Origin: Myxococcota bacterium
Lineage (GTDB): Bacteria > Myxococcota_A > Polyangia > Polyangiales > Sandaracinaceae
Reading direction: 5' to 3'
DNA: 23,535 nucleotides
Assembly (NCBI GenBank): GCA_036149055.1
Contig: JAYZQJ010000218.1
Coordinates: 1-23,535 of the forward strand
Shown here: piece after piece, positions 10,210 through 17,511 of the stretch
How the letters are laid out: the number at the start of each line of letters is the position of its first letter
How positions within the stretch are numbered: position 1 is the stretch's first letter
The notes under the pieces: generated by a model
Seen by the model: the letters and a program-made list of their open reading frames with translations, nothing else
Told to the model about the DNA's origin: nothing
Databases searched by the model: none
Position numbers and translations under genes: made by a program

Positions 10210-10578
10210 TTACTCGGCGCTGCGAGGCGGCCGGCTGCTGTGGCGAGGGAAGCCGTCGCGCACCCAGGAGCGCGCCGAACGAAGATCGTCGAACGCGCGC
10301 ATCTGCTGACCGCTCGCCAGCGACATCGCGCTGACCACCAGGTGCCAGAGCGGCTTCTCGGTGACCACCGCCACCGCGGCGATGCGCTCGCGGTGCGCGC
10401 GGTGCCAGCGCACGAACTCGGAGCGCGCCGCGCCGTCGTAGCCGGTCATCGTCGAGCAGTCGACGATCATCACCGCCCGGTCGTCCCAGTCGGTCTGCGG
10501 CAGCGCCCCCTCGAGGACCTCGGTCGTGAGGTGCCCCTCGAGGCGAACGAGCAGCACTGGTCCTTCGGCATCCGACAT
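10210..10578 (-). CDS. Small STAS/SEC14 (SpoIIAA-like) domain protein
   Basis: ATG 10578 after GGAGGTGGG; 122 aa. Pattern VLLVRLEGHLT...MIVDCSTMTGYDGAAR...IAAVAVVT...RAFDDLRSARSW matches the SpoIIAA-like fold, including the terminal F-x4-A-x2-W. Confidence 0.75.
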   Translation of the reverse strand: MSDAEGPVLLVRLEGHLTTEVLEGALPQTDWDDRAVMIVDCSTMTGYDGAARSEFVRWHRAHRERIAAVAVVTEKPLWHLVVSAMSLASGQQMRAFDDLRSARSWVRDGFPRHSSRPPRSAE

Positions 10579-10657
10579 CCCACCTCCGCGCCACGGATGA
10601 TGTCCGGGAAAGAGAATGGGTGACAACCGAGACTTCGGACACAAGATTCCCCCGTCC

Positions 10658-12301
10658 ATGGTCCAGCGTCCTCGCAAACGGACTGGCTCCCTCAGCCGAA
10701 CCCTGGCCGATGAAGCGCGCGGCGACGCGCACACGCGGTGCCACCAGGGCCTGTCGATTCTGGTTGCCAACGGACACATGAGCGACCCGATCGCGCGGGC
10801 GATGGTGAACGAGGCGCGGGCCGAAGCGCGCGCGAACGGGACCCTGACCCTCTTCCTCGACCTCGGCGGCGTCACCTCCTACGCGGTCGAGGCGCGCGAG
10901 ACCCTCGACGACGGCCTGACCGCGCTCGGCCGCAAGCTGATCGCCACCCACGTCGCCTCCGAGACCCCGCTCGGCGACGCGCTCGCGGCCAGCCTGACCG
11001 AGCGGCGCTCCGCCACCGTGCACGCCAGCTCGGCCGCGCTGCGGGAGGCCTTCGGGATCGCGGTGGCGAGCGCCGCCCTGTCCCGCTCCGCCTCCGGCAG
11101 CGTGCCGCCGCCGGACGACGGCGCGCTCGTGATCGACGGTCGCTACCGGATCGGGCCGCTGCTCGGCGAGGGCGCGATGGGGCAGGTGTTCCTGGCGGAG
11201 GACGAGATCCTCGAGCGCCCGACCGCGCTCAAGATCGGCCGGCTGCGGACCCGCCGCGCCCGCGACCGAGCCGAGCGGGAGGCGGTGGCGCTCGCGTCGG
11301 TGCAGCACCCCCACGTGGCGCTCGTCTACACCGCCGGCGCCGAGCGCGGCGCGCCGTTCCTGGCGATGGAGTACGTCGAGGGGGCCAGCCTGAGCGAGGT
11401 GATGGAGCTGCACGGCGGGGCGCTCCCGCTGGTCTCGGCCGCGATGATCCTGGCCAAGGTCGCGCGCGGCCTCGGGGCCCTGCACCAGGCGGGCGTGGTG
11501 CACCGGGACATCAAGCCGAGCAACGTCATCGTGGAGCGCACGACCGGCCGCCCGGTCATCGTCGACCTCGGCCTCGCCTTCGACGCGCGCGACCTGCCCG
11601 ACGACATCATCGCCGGCACCCCCGCCTACCTCGCGCCCGAGCTCGGCCACGGCGGCGGGCGCCCCTCGCCCCAGAGCGATCTCTACGCCTGGGGCGCGAT
11701 GGCGGTGGAGCTGCTGACCGGCGCCCCTCCGTTCGACGGCGACGACCCGATGGCCGTCATCCACGCCCACGCGGTCGAGCCGCCCGAGCCCCCCAGCCAG
11801 CGGCGGGCCGCGCTCGCGCCCCTCGACGCGCTCCTGCTCGCGACCCTCGCCAAGCGGCCGTCCGAGCGCCCCGAGTCCGCCCACGACCTCGCCCGGGAGC
11901 TCGAGCGCTTCGTGGACGGGGCGTGGAGCGGGCGCGCGGCCGGCCGCCGTCGGCTCCTGGTCGCGAGCGCCGATCTACCCGTGGCCGACCGGCTCGCCCG
12001 CGCGCTGAGCCGTCACTTCGGGGAGGCGGCGGAGGTGCTCCGCTGCGGCTCCGCGGCCGAGGTCGAGCGCGCGGTGGCCGCCGGCCGGGTCGACGGCGCC
12101 TGCGTCGACAGCCTGCTCCCCGACGCCCACGGCCTCGACGTCGTCGCCCGCCTCCAGCTCGGCGCCGCCGACGCGACCAAGGTCGTCGTCCTGAAGCCGC
12201 CGTCGCTCGCCGACGAGTGGCGCTTCCGCGCGGTCGGCGTCACCGAGTTCCTCGAGCCCGACCGGCCCCAGGAGCTCCCCCAGCGTTTCGAGGGGCGCTG
12301 A
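10658..12301 (+). CDS. Ser/Thr kinase with N-terminal STAS/SEC14-like domain and C-terminal atypical receiver domain
   Basis: Kinase motifs LGEGAMGQV, TALK, HRDIKPSN, DLG, GTPAYLAPE and SDLYAWG. The N-terminus resembles the adjacent STAS protein. The C-terminus RRLLVASAD...CVDSLLPDAHGLDV...GVTEFL is receiver-like. Start uncertain (ATG 10616, 10658 or 10778). Confidence 0.85.
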   Translation: MVQRPRKRTGSLSRTLADEARGDAHTRCHQGLSILVANGHMSDPIARAMVNEARAEARANGTLTLFLDLGGVTSYAVEARETLDDGLTALGRKLIATHVASETPLGDALAASLTERRSATVHASSAALREAFGIAVASAALSRSASGSVPPPDDGALVIDGRYRIGPLLGEGAMGQVFLAEDEILERPTALKIGRLRTRRARDRAEREAVALASVQHPHVALVYTAGAERGAPFLAMEYVEGASLSEVMELHGGALPLVSAAMILAKVARGLGALHQAGVVHRDIKPSNVIVERTTGRPVIVDLGLAFDARDLPDDIIAGTPAYLAPELGHGGGRPSPQSDLYAWGAMAVELLTGAPPFDGDDPMAVIHAHAVEPPEPPSQRRAALAPLDALLLATLAKRPSERPESAHDLARELERFVDGAWSGRAAGRRRLLVASADLPVADRLARALSRHFGEAAEVLRCGSAAEVERAVAAGRVDGACVDSLLPDAHGLDVVARLQLGAADATKVVVLKPPSLADEWRFRAVGVTEFLEPDRPQELPQRFEGR

Positions 12302-12317
12302 ATCGCTCCGCGACCCT

Positions 12318-12782
12318 TCAGCTCGAGCCGAGCAGACCGCAGCAGCGGCGGAAGGCGGCCGAGACCTCGCCTCGCTCGCGGCCGGGGTCGCAGACCCAGG
12401 CGGAGGCGTCGTCGAGCTTGGCGTGGGCGAAGCCCTGCATCTGGGATCCCGTCAGCCATCGCCACGCGGTGATCGCGCCGCGGGTGGCCACCGAGTCGGT
12501 GATCACGGCGATGCGCCGCTCGTCGAAGTGCTGCGAGCCCTCCAGCTCCTTCTGCAGCTCGGCGAGTCGCTTCCGGACGTGGGCGCCGGGCTCGGAGGCC
12601 AGGTGCGCGATCATCGAGTGGGGCGCCGGTCGGCACAGCGCGGTCGACTCCCGGAAGAGCGCGTCGGCCGTGGCGACCTCCCAGCGCTCGACCGCGAACA
12701 CCAGGACCGCGACCTCGTGCCGGACCGCGAAGGCGGCCTGACCGTCCAGGATCAGCCGAGGCTCGAGCGTGTGAGGCCGCAT
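12318..12782 (-). CDS. Hypothetical protein, probable STAS/SEC14-like domain
   Basis: 154 aa with RIAVITDSVATRGAITAWRWLTGSQMQGF...LDDASAW, which parallels RIAAVAVVTEKPLWHLVVSAMSLASGQQMRAFDDLRSARSW in the 10210-10578 protein. Confidence 0.6.
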   Translation of the reverse strand: MRPHTLEPRLILDGQAAFAVRHEVAVLVFAVERWEVATADALFRESTALCRPAPHSMIAHLASEPGAHVRKRLAELQKELEGSQHFDERRIAVITDSVATRGAITAWRWLTGSQMQGFAHAKLDDASAWVCDPGRERGEVSAAFRRCCGLLGSS

Positions 12783-12835
12783 CGAGAGGCGAGAGTATCA
12801 GCTTCGTGACGCACGAGGAGGGGGCAGCCCGTTGC

Positions 12836-13082
12836 GAGCGCGTCCGGGTTCGAGAAATCCGCATCGATGGCGTGAAACTCGAGCCCGGGTGCGGTTCTCC
12901 GCGAAGAAAGCTGCGAGATCGCAGTCCGACAACGAAAATGTACCTTCAAAGGTACATCGATCGGAGCCCGACGACGATTTCGTAGCTTCGAAGCTAGAGA
13001 ATCGCTTCCCGTCTGCGATTTTCCGGCGTCGAAGCTTCGATATCGCAGCCCGACTGCGTTCTCGAAGGATTTACGCTCCGAC
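12836..13082. repeat. Degenerate tandem array of six ~41-bp double-palindrome units
   Basis: Units start at 12836, 12877, 12918, 12960, 13001 and 13042. Idealised consensus ATCGCAG-CCCGA-CTGCGAT + TTCGTAGCTTC-GAAGCTACGAA. The four right-hand units all begin ATCG; CCG at positions 9-11 and CG at 16-17 are invariant in all six. Confidence 0.75.
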
Positions 13083-13104
13083 GACGCGGCGAGGTTGCTT
13101 CAAC

Positions 13105-15447
13105 TCACCGTGCGCGGACGACGTGGATGCCGCTGCGGGTCTCGACGCAGATGCGGAAGCCCTCGAGCTTGGGCAGGTAGGAGAGCGGGGGCGGCTTGCT
13201 GCGGGTGCCGCGCACCATGCGGAGCAGCGCCTGGCGGCGGTCGAGGTCGTAGTCGACCTCGTAGCTCGCGTCGCCGAGGTCGACCTTCCGCGGGTAGCGC
13301 TCGTCGAGCAGCGCCGCGATCCACGCCTCGAGGGGCTCGGGCAGGACGTCGTCGACCGAGAGCAGGGCCACGTCCTCGCCGGTCTCGAGCCCGAGCTCGG
13401 CGATGCGGTCGCGCAGGTGCGCCTCGGGCGTGGGCACCGGCGCGTCGTCGACCTGGAGCGGCACGCCGGAGACCTCGAAGCCGGCCGCCGCGAGGCGCTG
13501 CGCGAGGGCGCGCTGCTGGAGCCGCGCCTCGATCGCCTCGCGCGCGCCCCGGAGGATCCGGCCCTCGAGGATCAGGCGCGCGACCGCGCGGCGGGCGAGC
13601 TCCCCCCGCGGCGTCTCCTCCCGCGCGTCGAGCACCTTGCGCGCGTACACCCGCTCGATCGTGGCCACGACCTTCCGGCGCTCGAGCTTCACGCCGGCGA
13701 GCCGATCGCGCCCGAGGCCGGCGTCGCGCAGCCAGACGATCGGGGCCGGCATGGCGCAGGTCACGAAGACCCGGGTGTCGCGCTGTCCGATCCCGATGGC
13801 CCGCTCGTCGAGCGCGAGCAGCGCCTCGAGCTTCTCCTCCGCCGCCTTGGCCGCGCTCTCGCGCCCGAGCTCCACCTCGGTGCCGCCGTTCGAGAACGCG
13901 ACGTGGCGCTTGCGGCGGCGGGCGACGTGGGCGAGGCGCGGGTCCGCCTTCAGGAAGAGGAGCGCGAGCGCGCGCCGATCGATCGGGCCCTCCTCGCGCG
14001 AGACGCCGTGGGCCCGCCGCAGCCGCTTGGCGTTCCGCCGCGCCTCCCCGAGCGCCCACGCGTTCAGCCCGTGCGTCCGCGGCTCGCCCTCGCGCATCGC
14101 GCGCAGGATCGCGACCACGTCGCAGCCGCTCTCGCGCAGATCGTCGGCCGGATCGTCGGGGCGCCACGAGAAGAGCGGCCGGCCGACCGCGAGCGCGCTG
14201 ACGAGGTCGATGACGTCCCCGAGCAGCGCGGGCTCCTTCTGGGCCTCGATCAGCAGGCGCGCGTGGGGCGCGTCGAGCGGCTGGGAGAAGAGCTCGCGGC
14301 CGAGCGGGGTGAGCGCGCCCGCGTCGTCGAGCGCGCCGAGCGCCCCGAGCTCGGACTCCGCCGCCTCGAGCGCGTAGTCCTTCGGCGGATCGAGGAGCGG
14401 CAGCTCGCGCAGGCTCCGGCCGGTGGCCGCGGCGGCGAGCACCATCGGCACCAGCGACTCGCGGTGCACCTCCGGCGGGGTGCGCGGCTCGAGGATCGCC
14501 GCCTCGCTCCAGAGCCGATAGGCGACGCCCGGCCCGGTCCGACCGGCGCGGCCCGCCCGCTGCTCGGCGCTGTCCATCGCGATCGGCGAGAGCGTCAGGT
14601 GACCGCGGCCCTTGTGATAGCGGGTGCGCCGCACGAGCCCGGCGTCGATGACCACGCCGATGCCCGGGAGGGTGACGCTCGTCTCCGCCACGTTGGTGGC
14701 GAGCACCACCTTGCGGCGCTCGGTCCGGCGGAAGGCGCGGCTCTGCTCGTCGAGGCTCAGCCCGCCGTGGAGCGGGATCACCTCGAGCGGCCCGCGGATC
14801 GCGTCGGCGCAGGCGGCGATCTCGGCCCGGCCCGGCAGGAACACGAGCACGTCGCCGGGATCCGACGCGGCGCGCGCGAGGGCCTGGGCCACGCGCTCGG
14901 GGAGATACTTCGCGCTCGGCAGCGCCGCGCCGCTCCCCAGGTAGCGCACGTCCACCGGGTGGAGGCGGCCCGTGCCCTCGAGGTAGCGGCCGCCGAGGTG
15001 AGCGGCGACCCGCTCGCCGTCGAGGGTCGCGCTCATCACCGTCAGGCCGCGCCCGCGCTTCGCGAGCAGGCCGAGCAGGAGATCGACGTCGAGGCGCCGC
15101 TCGTGCAGCTCGTCGAGCACCACGTGGTCGGCGCGCTCGAGCGCCTCGAGATCGCGCAGCGCCACGCCCGGGGTGACGAAGCGGACCCGGGTATCGGCGC
15201 CGGCGCGCACGTCGTCCCGGACCACGTAGCCCACGTCCTCGCCCAGCGGCACGCCCTCGAGCTCGGCGACCCGCGCCGCGAGGCTTCGGCAGGCGACCCG
15301 CCGCGGCTCCACCACCACCACCCGCCCGGGCAGCCAGCGGGGGACCTGGGTCGACTTGCCGCTCCCGGTCGGCGCCGCGAGCACCAGCGGCGCGCGCTCC
15401 ACCGCGTCGAGCACCTCCTCGCGGAGGGCGTCGATGGGGAGCTTCAA
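13105..15447 (-). CDS. hrpB: HrpB-like DEAH-box ATP-dependent RNA helicase
   Basis: TTG 15447 overlaps the upstream TGA. LPID..., APTGSGKST, EPRRVAC, VTPG, LDELHER, MSATL, VFLPG, PLHG, ATNVAETSVT and QRAGRAGR. About 780 aa; C-terminus is not canonical HrpB. Confidence 0.85.
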   Translation of the reverse strand: MKLPIDALREEVLDAVERAPLVLAAPTGSGKSTQVPRWLPGRVVVVEPRRVACRSLAARVAELEGVPLGEDVGYVVRDDVRAGADTRVRFVTPGVALRDLEALERADHVVLDELHERRLDVDLLLGLLAKRGRGLTVMSATLDGERVAAHLGGRYLEGTGRLHPVDVRYLGSGAALPSAKYLPERVAQALARAASDPGDVLVFLPGRAEIAACADAIRGPLEVIPLHGGLSLDEQSRAFRRTERRKVVLATNVAETSVTLPGIGVVIDAGLVRRTRYHKGRGHLTLSPIAMDSAEQRAGRAGRTGPGVAYRLWSEAAILEPRTPPEVHRESLVPMVLAAAATGRSLRELPLLDPPKDYALEAAESELGALGALDDAGALTPLGRELFSQPLDAPHARLLIEAQKEPALLGDVIDLVSALAVGRPLFSWRPDDPADDLRESGCDVVAILRAMREGEPRTHGLNAWALGEARRNAKRLRRAHGVSREEGPIDRRALALLFLKADPRLAHVARRRKRHVAFSNGGTEVELGRESAAKAAEEKLEALLALDERAIGIGQRDTRVFVTCAMPAPIVWLRDAGLGRDRLAGVKLERRKVVATIERVYARKVLDAREETPRGELARRAVARLILEGRILRGAREAIEARLQQRALAQRLAAAGFEVSGVPLQVDDAPVPTPEAHLRDRIAELGLETGEDVALLSVDDVLPEPLEAWIAALLDERYPRKVDLGDASYEVDYDLDRRQALLRMVRGTRSKPPPLSYLPKLEGFRICVETRSGIHVVRAR

Positions 15448-15758
15448 CGCCGGTTGCCGAAGTCGATCGAGCCGGCCCGCGTGCGGTCGCGGGGCTCGAT
15501 CCGGGCGCCGAGGAGCCCGAGCAGCACCGGCACCCAGACCGCGAGCCCCACCAGGCCGATCAGCCCGGCGAGCTGCTTGTCGTCCATGGCGACGTAGACG
15601 CCGATGGCGGCGCCGAGGAAGACGATGGGGACCACGGCCGCCGCGATCTGGAAGCGCTTCAGCCGGAGCTTCGCCGCCTCGAGGGCCAGCGCGCGCTCCT
15701 CGGCCTCGCGCTCTCGCTGCTCGCGACGCTTGTCCTTCTTCGTCTTCTTCTTCCCCAT
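15444..15758 (-). CDS. Small hypothetical membrane protein (basic N-terminus, two TM helices)
   Basis: MGKKKTKKDKRREQRERE..., two hydrophobic segments (IAAAVVPIVFLGAAIGVYVAM; LAGLIGLVGLAVWVPVLLGLLG); stop overlaps the helicase start. Confidence 0.75.
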   Translation of the reverse strand: MGKKKTKKDKRREQREREAEERALALEAAKLRLKRFQIAAAVVPIVFLGAAIGVYVAMDDKQLAGLIGLVGLAVWVPVLLGLLGARIEPRDRTRAGSIDFGNRR

Positions 15759-15840
15759 GACCCGCGCAGCGTACCTCATCCGCACGGGTTCGCCGCTGGA
15801 GTCGAGCCGGGTCTCCGCTACCCTGTATTCGGGGGGTGCG

Positions 15841-17061
15841 ATGCCGCGATGGCACGACATCGACGACCGCGGCCAGACCGGGCCGCGGAGGGCGCTGGCG
15901 CTCTGGACCGACGGCCAGCCGGAGGTGCTGGAGCTGGAGGACGGCGACCTGCGCGGGGCGCTCGCGTCCCTCGTCGAGGAGCGACGTTATCTCCGCACGG
16001 TGCTCGGGCGCTGCGCGCGGCCGATCGCGGTGCTGGACGACGCCGGGCGGGTGGTCGGGCACAACACCGCGTTCGAGGCGATGGTGGGCGACCCCGCGCC
16101 GCTCGGGGGCGACGTGACGCGGTGGCTGTCCGGCCCCGACCGGGAGATGCTGCGCAAGGTGCTGGGGGCCACCGAAGGCGGCGACGAGCGGCCGGCGCGC
16201 GGGGCGCTCGTCCGGGTCGACACGGTGGGGGAGCCGGCCGAGGCGCTGCTCGCCCGCCTGCCCGACGACGACGGAGGCGAGGGCACGGTGGTGCTGGCGG
16301 CGTCGTGGCCGAAGAAGGCGAGGCGCGACGACGACCTCGACCCCGGCTACGACGCGGCGCACGTGGCCGAGGTGCGGCACGACGCCAAGGGCCTGCTCAC
16401 CGTCGGCGTGACGGTGCTGGAGGCGATCGCCAACGGCTCGCTCCGCGGGCGCGACCTGGACGACCCGGGCGTCACGGAGCTGGCGTGCGACGCGCTCGAC
16501 GCGCTGACGAGCTGCGCGACCCTGCTCGACCAGCTCGAGGTGAAGCGCGGGGGCGAGGTGTCGGCGAAGCTACAGGCGCCCGTGCGGCTGGTGCTGGAGG
16601 CCGCGGCGCGGGCCACCCGGGCCCGCTTCGGGCTGAGCCCGGACGCGCTGACCGTCGTCGCGGACGCCGAGCTCTGGGTGGGGCTCGACCGCCCGACCCT
16701 GCTGCGCGTGGTGCTGAACCTCCTGACCAACGCGGCCTACGCGGTGAGCGAGACCGAGCGCCCCCGCGTGGAGGCCCGCGCCCGGCTCGACGGCGACGGC
16801 GACGTTCTGATCGAGGTCGAGGACAACGGGGTCGGCATCGAGCCGGACCAGCTGCCCTCGATCTTCGAGCGAGACGTCAGCACCCGCCGCGAGAGCGGCG
16901 AGGGCATGGGGATCGGCCTCTACGTCGTCCGGCAGCGGATCGAGGCGGCCGGGGGCGCGGTGCGCGCCGTCAGCGAGCCGGGGAGCGGCACCACGGTGAG
17001 CTTGCACGTGCCGGTCCCCTCCCGGGCGACGGACAGCGCCCCCGGTCTCCTCCGCCAGTGA
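15841..17061 (+). CDS. Orphan cytoplasmic sensor histidine kinase (PAS-like + HisKA-like + HATPase)
   Basis: PAS-like PIAVLDDAGRVVGHNTAFEAMVG; H-box EVRHDAKGLL; N-box LNLLTNAAYA; EDNGVGI, IFE and GMGIGL. Start re-assigned to ATG 15841. Confidence 0.85.
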   Translation: MPRWHDIDDRGQTGPRRALALWTDGQPEVLELEDGDLRGALASLVEERRYLRTVLGRCARPIAVLDDAGRVVGHNTAFEAMVGDPAPLGGDVTRWLSGPDREMLRKVLGATEGGDERPARGALVRVDTVGEPAEALLARLPDDDGGEGTVVLAASWPKKARRDDDLDPGYDAAHVAEVRHDAKGLLTVGVTVLEAIANGSLRGRDLDDPGVTELACDALDALTSCATLLDQLEVKRGGEVSAKLQAPVRLVLEAAARATRARFGLSPDALTVVADAELWVGLDRPTLLRVVLNLLTNAAYAVSETERPRVEARARLDGDGDVLIEVEDNGVGIEPDQLPSIFERDVSTRRESGEGMGIGLYVVRQRIEAAGGAVRAVSEPGSGTTVSLHVPVPSRATDSAPGLLRQ

Positions 17062-17085
17062 AGACTGGCGGCCAGGCGGGGACGG

Positions 17086-17265
17086 TCAGGCGCGGCGGAC
17101 GAGGCCGGCGACCAGGGCGACGATCGCCAGGACCACGAAGCCGATGAAGAGGATCTTCGCGATACCGGCCGAGGCGCCCGCGACGCCGCCGAAGCCGAGG
17201 AACGCCGCGATCAGGGCGACGACGAAGAAGGCCAGGGCCCACTTGAGCAGAGACGAGAAGTTCAT
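17086..17265 (-). CDS. DUF1328 / UPF0391 (YtjA-like) small membrane protein
   Basis: [35 protein letters not shown] is the family signature. AGGAGG Shine-Dalgarno 5 nt before ATG 17265 (alternative ATG 17268). Confidence 0.93.
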   Translation of the reverse strand: MNFSSLLKWALAFFVVALIAAFLGFGGVAGASAGIAKILFIGFVVLAIVALVAGLVRRA

Positions 17266-17290
17266 CATGTCCTCCTGCCCGCTGCTCCCA

Positions 17291-17305
17291 CCACGTCCCG
17301 TGCCA
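17291..17305 (-). promoter_or_regulatory. Possible sigma54-type promoter of the DUF1328 gene, variant -12 box
   Basis: Minus strand TGGCACG-GGAC-GTGG(T). The implied transcription start (~17278) falls just before the AGGAGG RBS at 17276-17271. Confidence 0.4.
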
Positions 17306-17511
17306 GACGCCGGGGCGCGGACCGGAGGGCCCGGGAGCGGGGCGCGACGCCTCGATCCCGCCGCCTCGCCGCAGCCCCGGGAGGTCGATCACGGCCCCGA
17401 ACGAGGGGGTCTCGAGCCGCCTTGCCCCCCCGGGGCCGCTCCTCTATGGTTCGCGGCCGCTCTCGCTCCCACGGCCCGCCCCCTCGAATTCGCGGCATAG
17501 AAGGACGCTCC

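Noticed and set aside
12870..12878. GCGTGAAAC as a parS site
   Set aside because: Only one half of TGTTTCACGTGAAACA is matched.
12752..12949. 65-aa minus-strand ORF across the array
   Set aside because: No recognisable motif or RBS, overlaps the 154-aa gene, and a 41-bp period is not a multiple of three.
12836..13082. Array read as a CRISPR or guide-RNA (TIGR-like) array
   Set aside because: The 41-bp period is too short for CRISPR repeat plus spacer, the would-be spacers are homologous to each other and palindromic, the repeats are not identical, and no cas or Nop-domain gene is in the window.
15448..16380. 311-aa N-terminal extension of the helicase in the ORF track
   Set aside because: Overlaps two better-supported genes; helicase similarity begins at LKLPID (TTG 15447).
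17310..17500. GC-rich intergenic region between DUF1328 and ppiD as an ncRNA
   Set aside because: Only short G/C-run stems expected by chance; adequately explained as a divergent promoter region.
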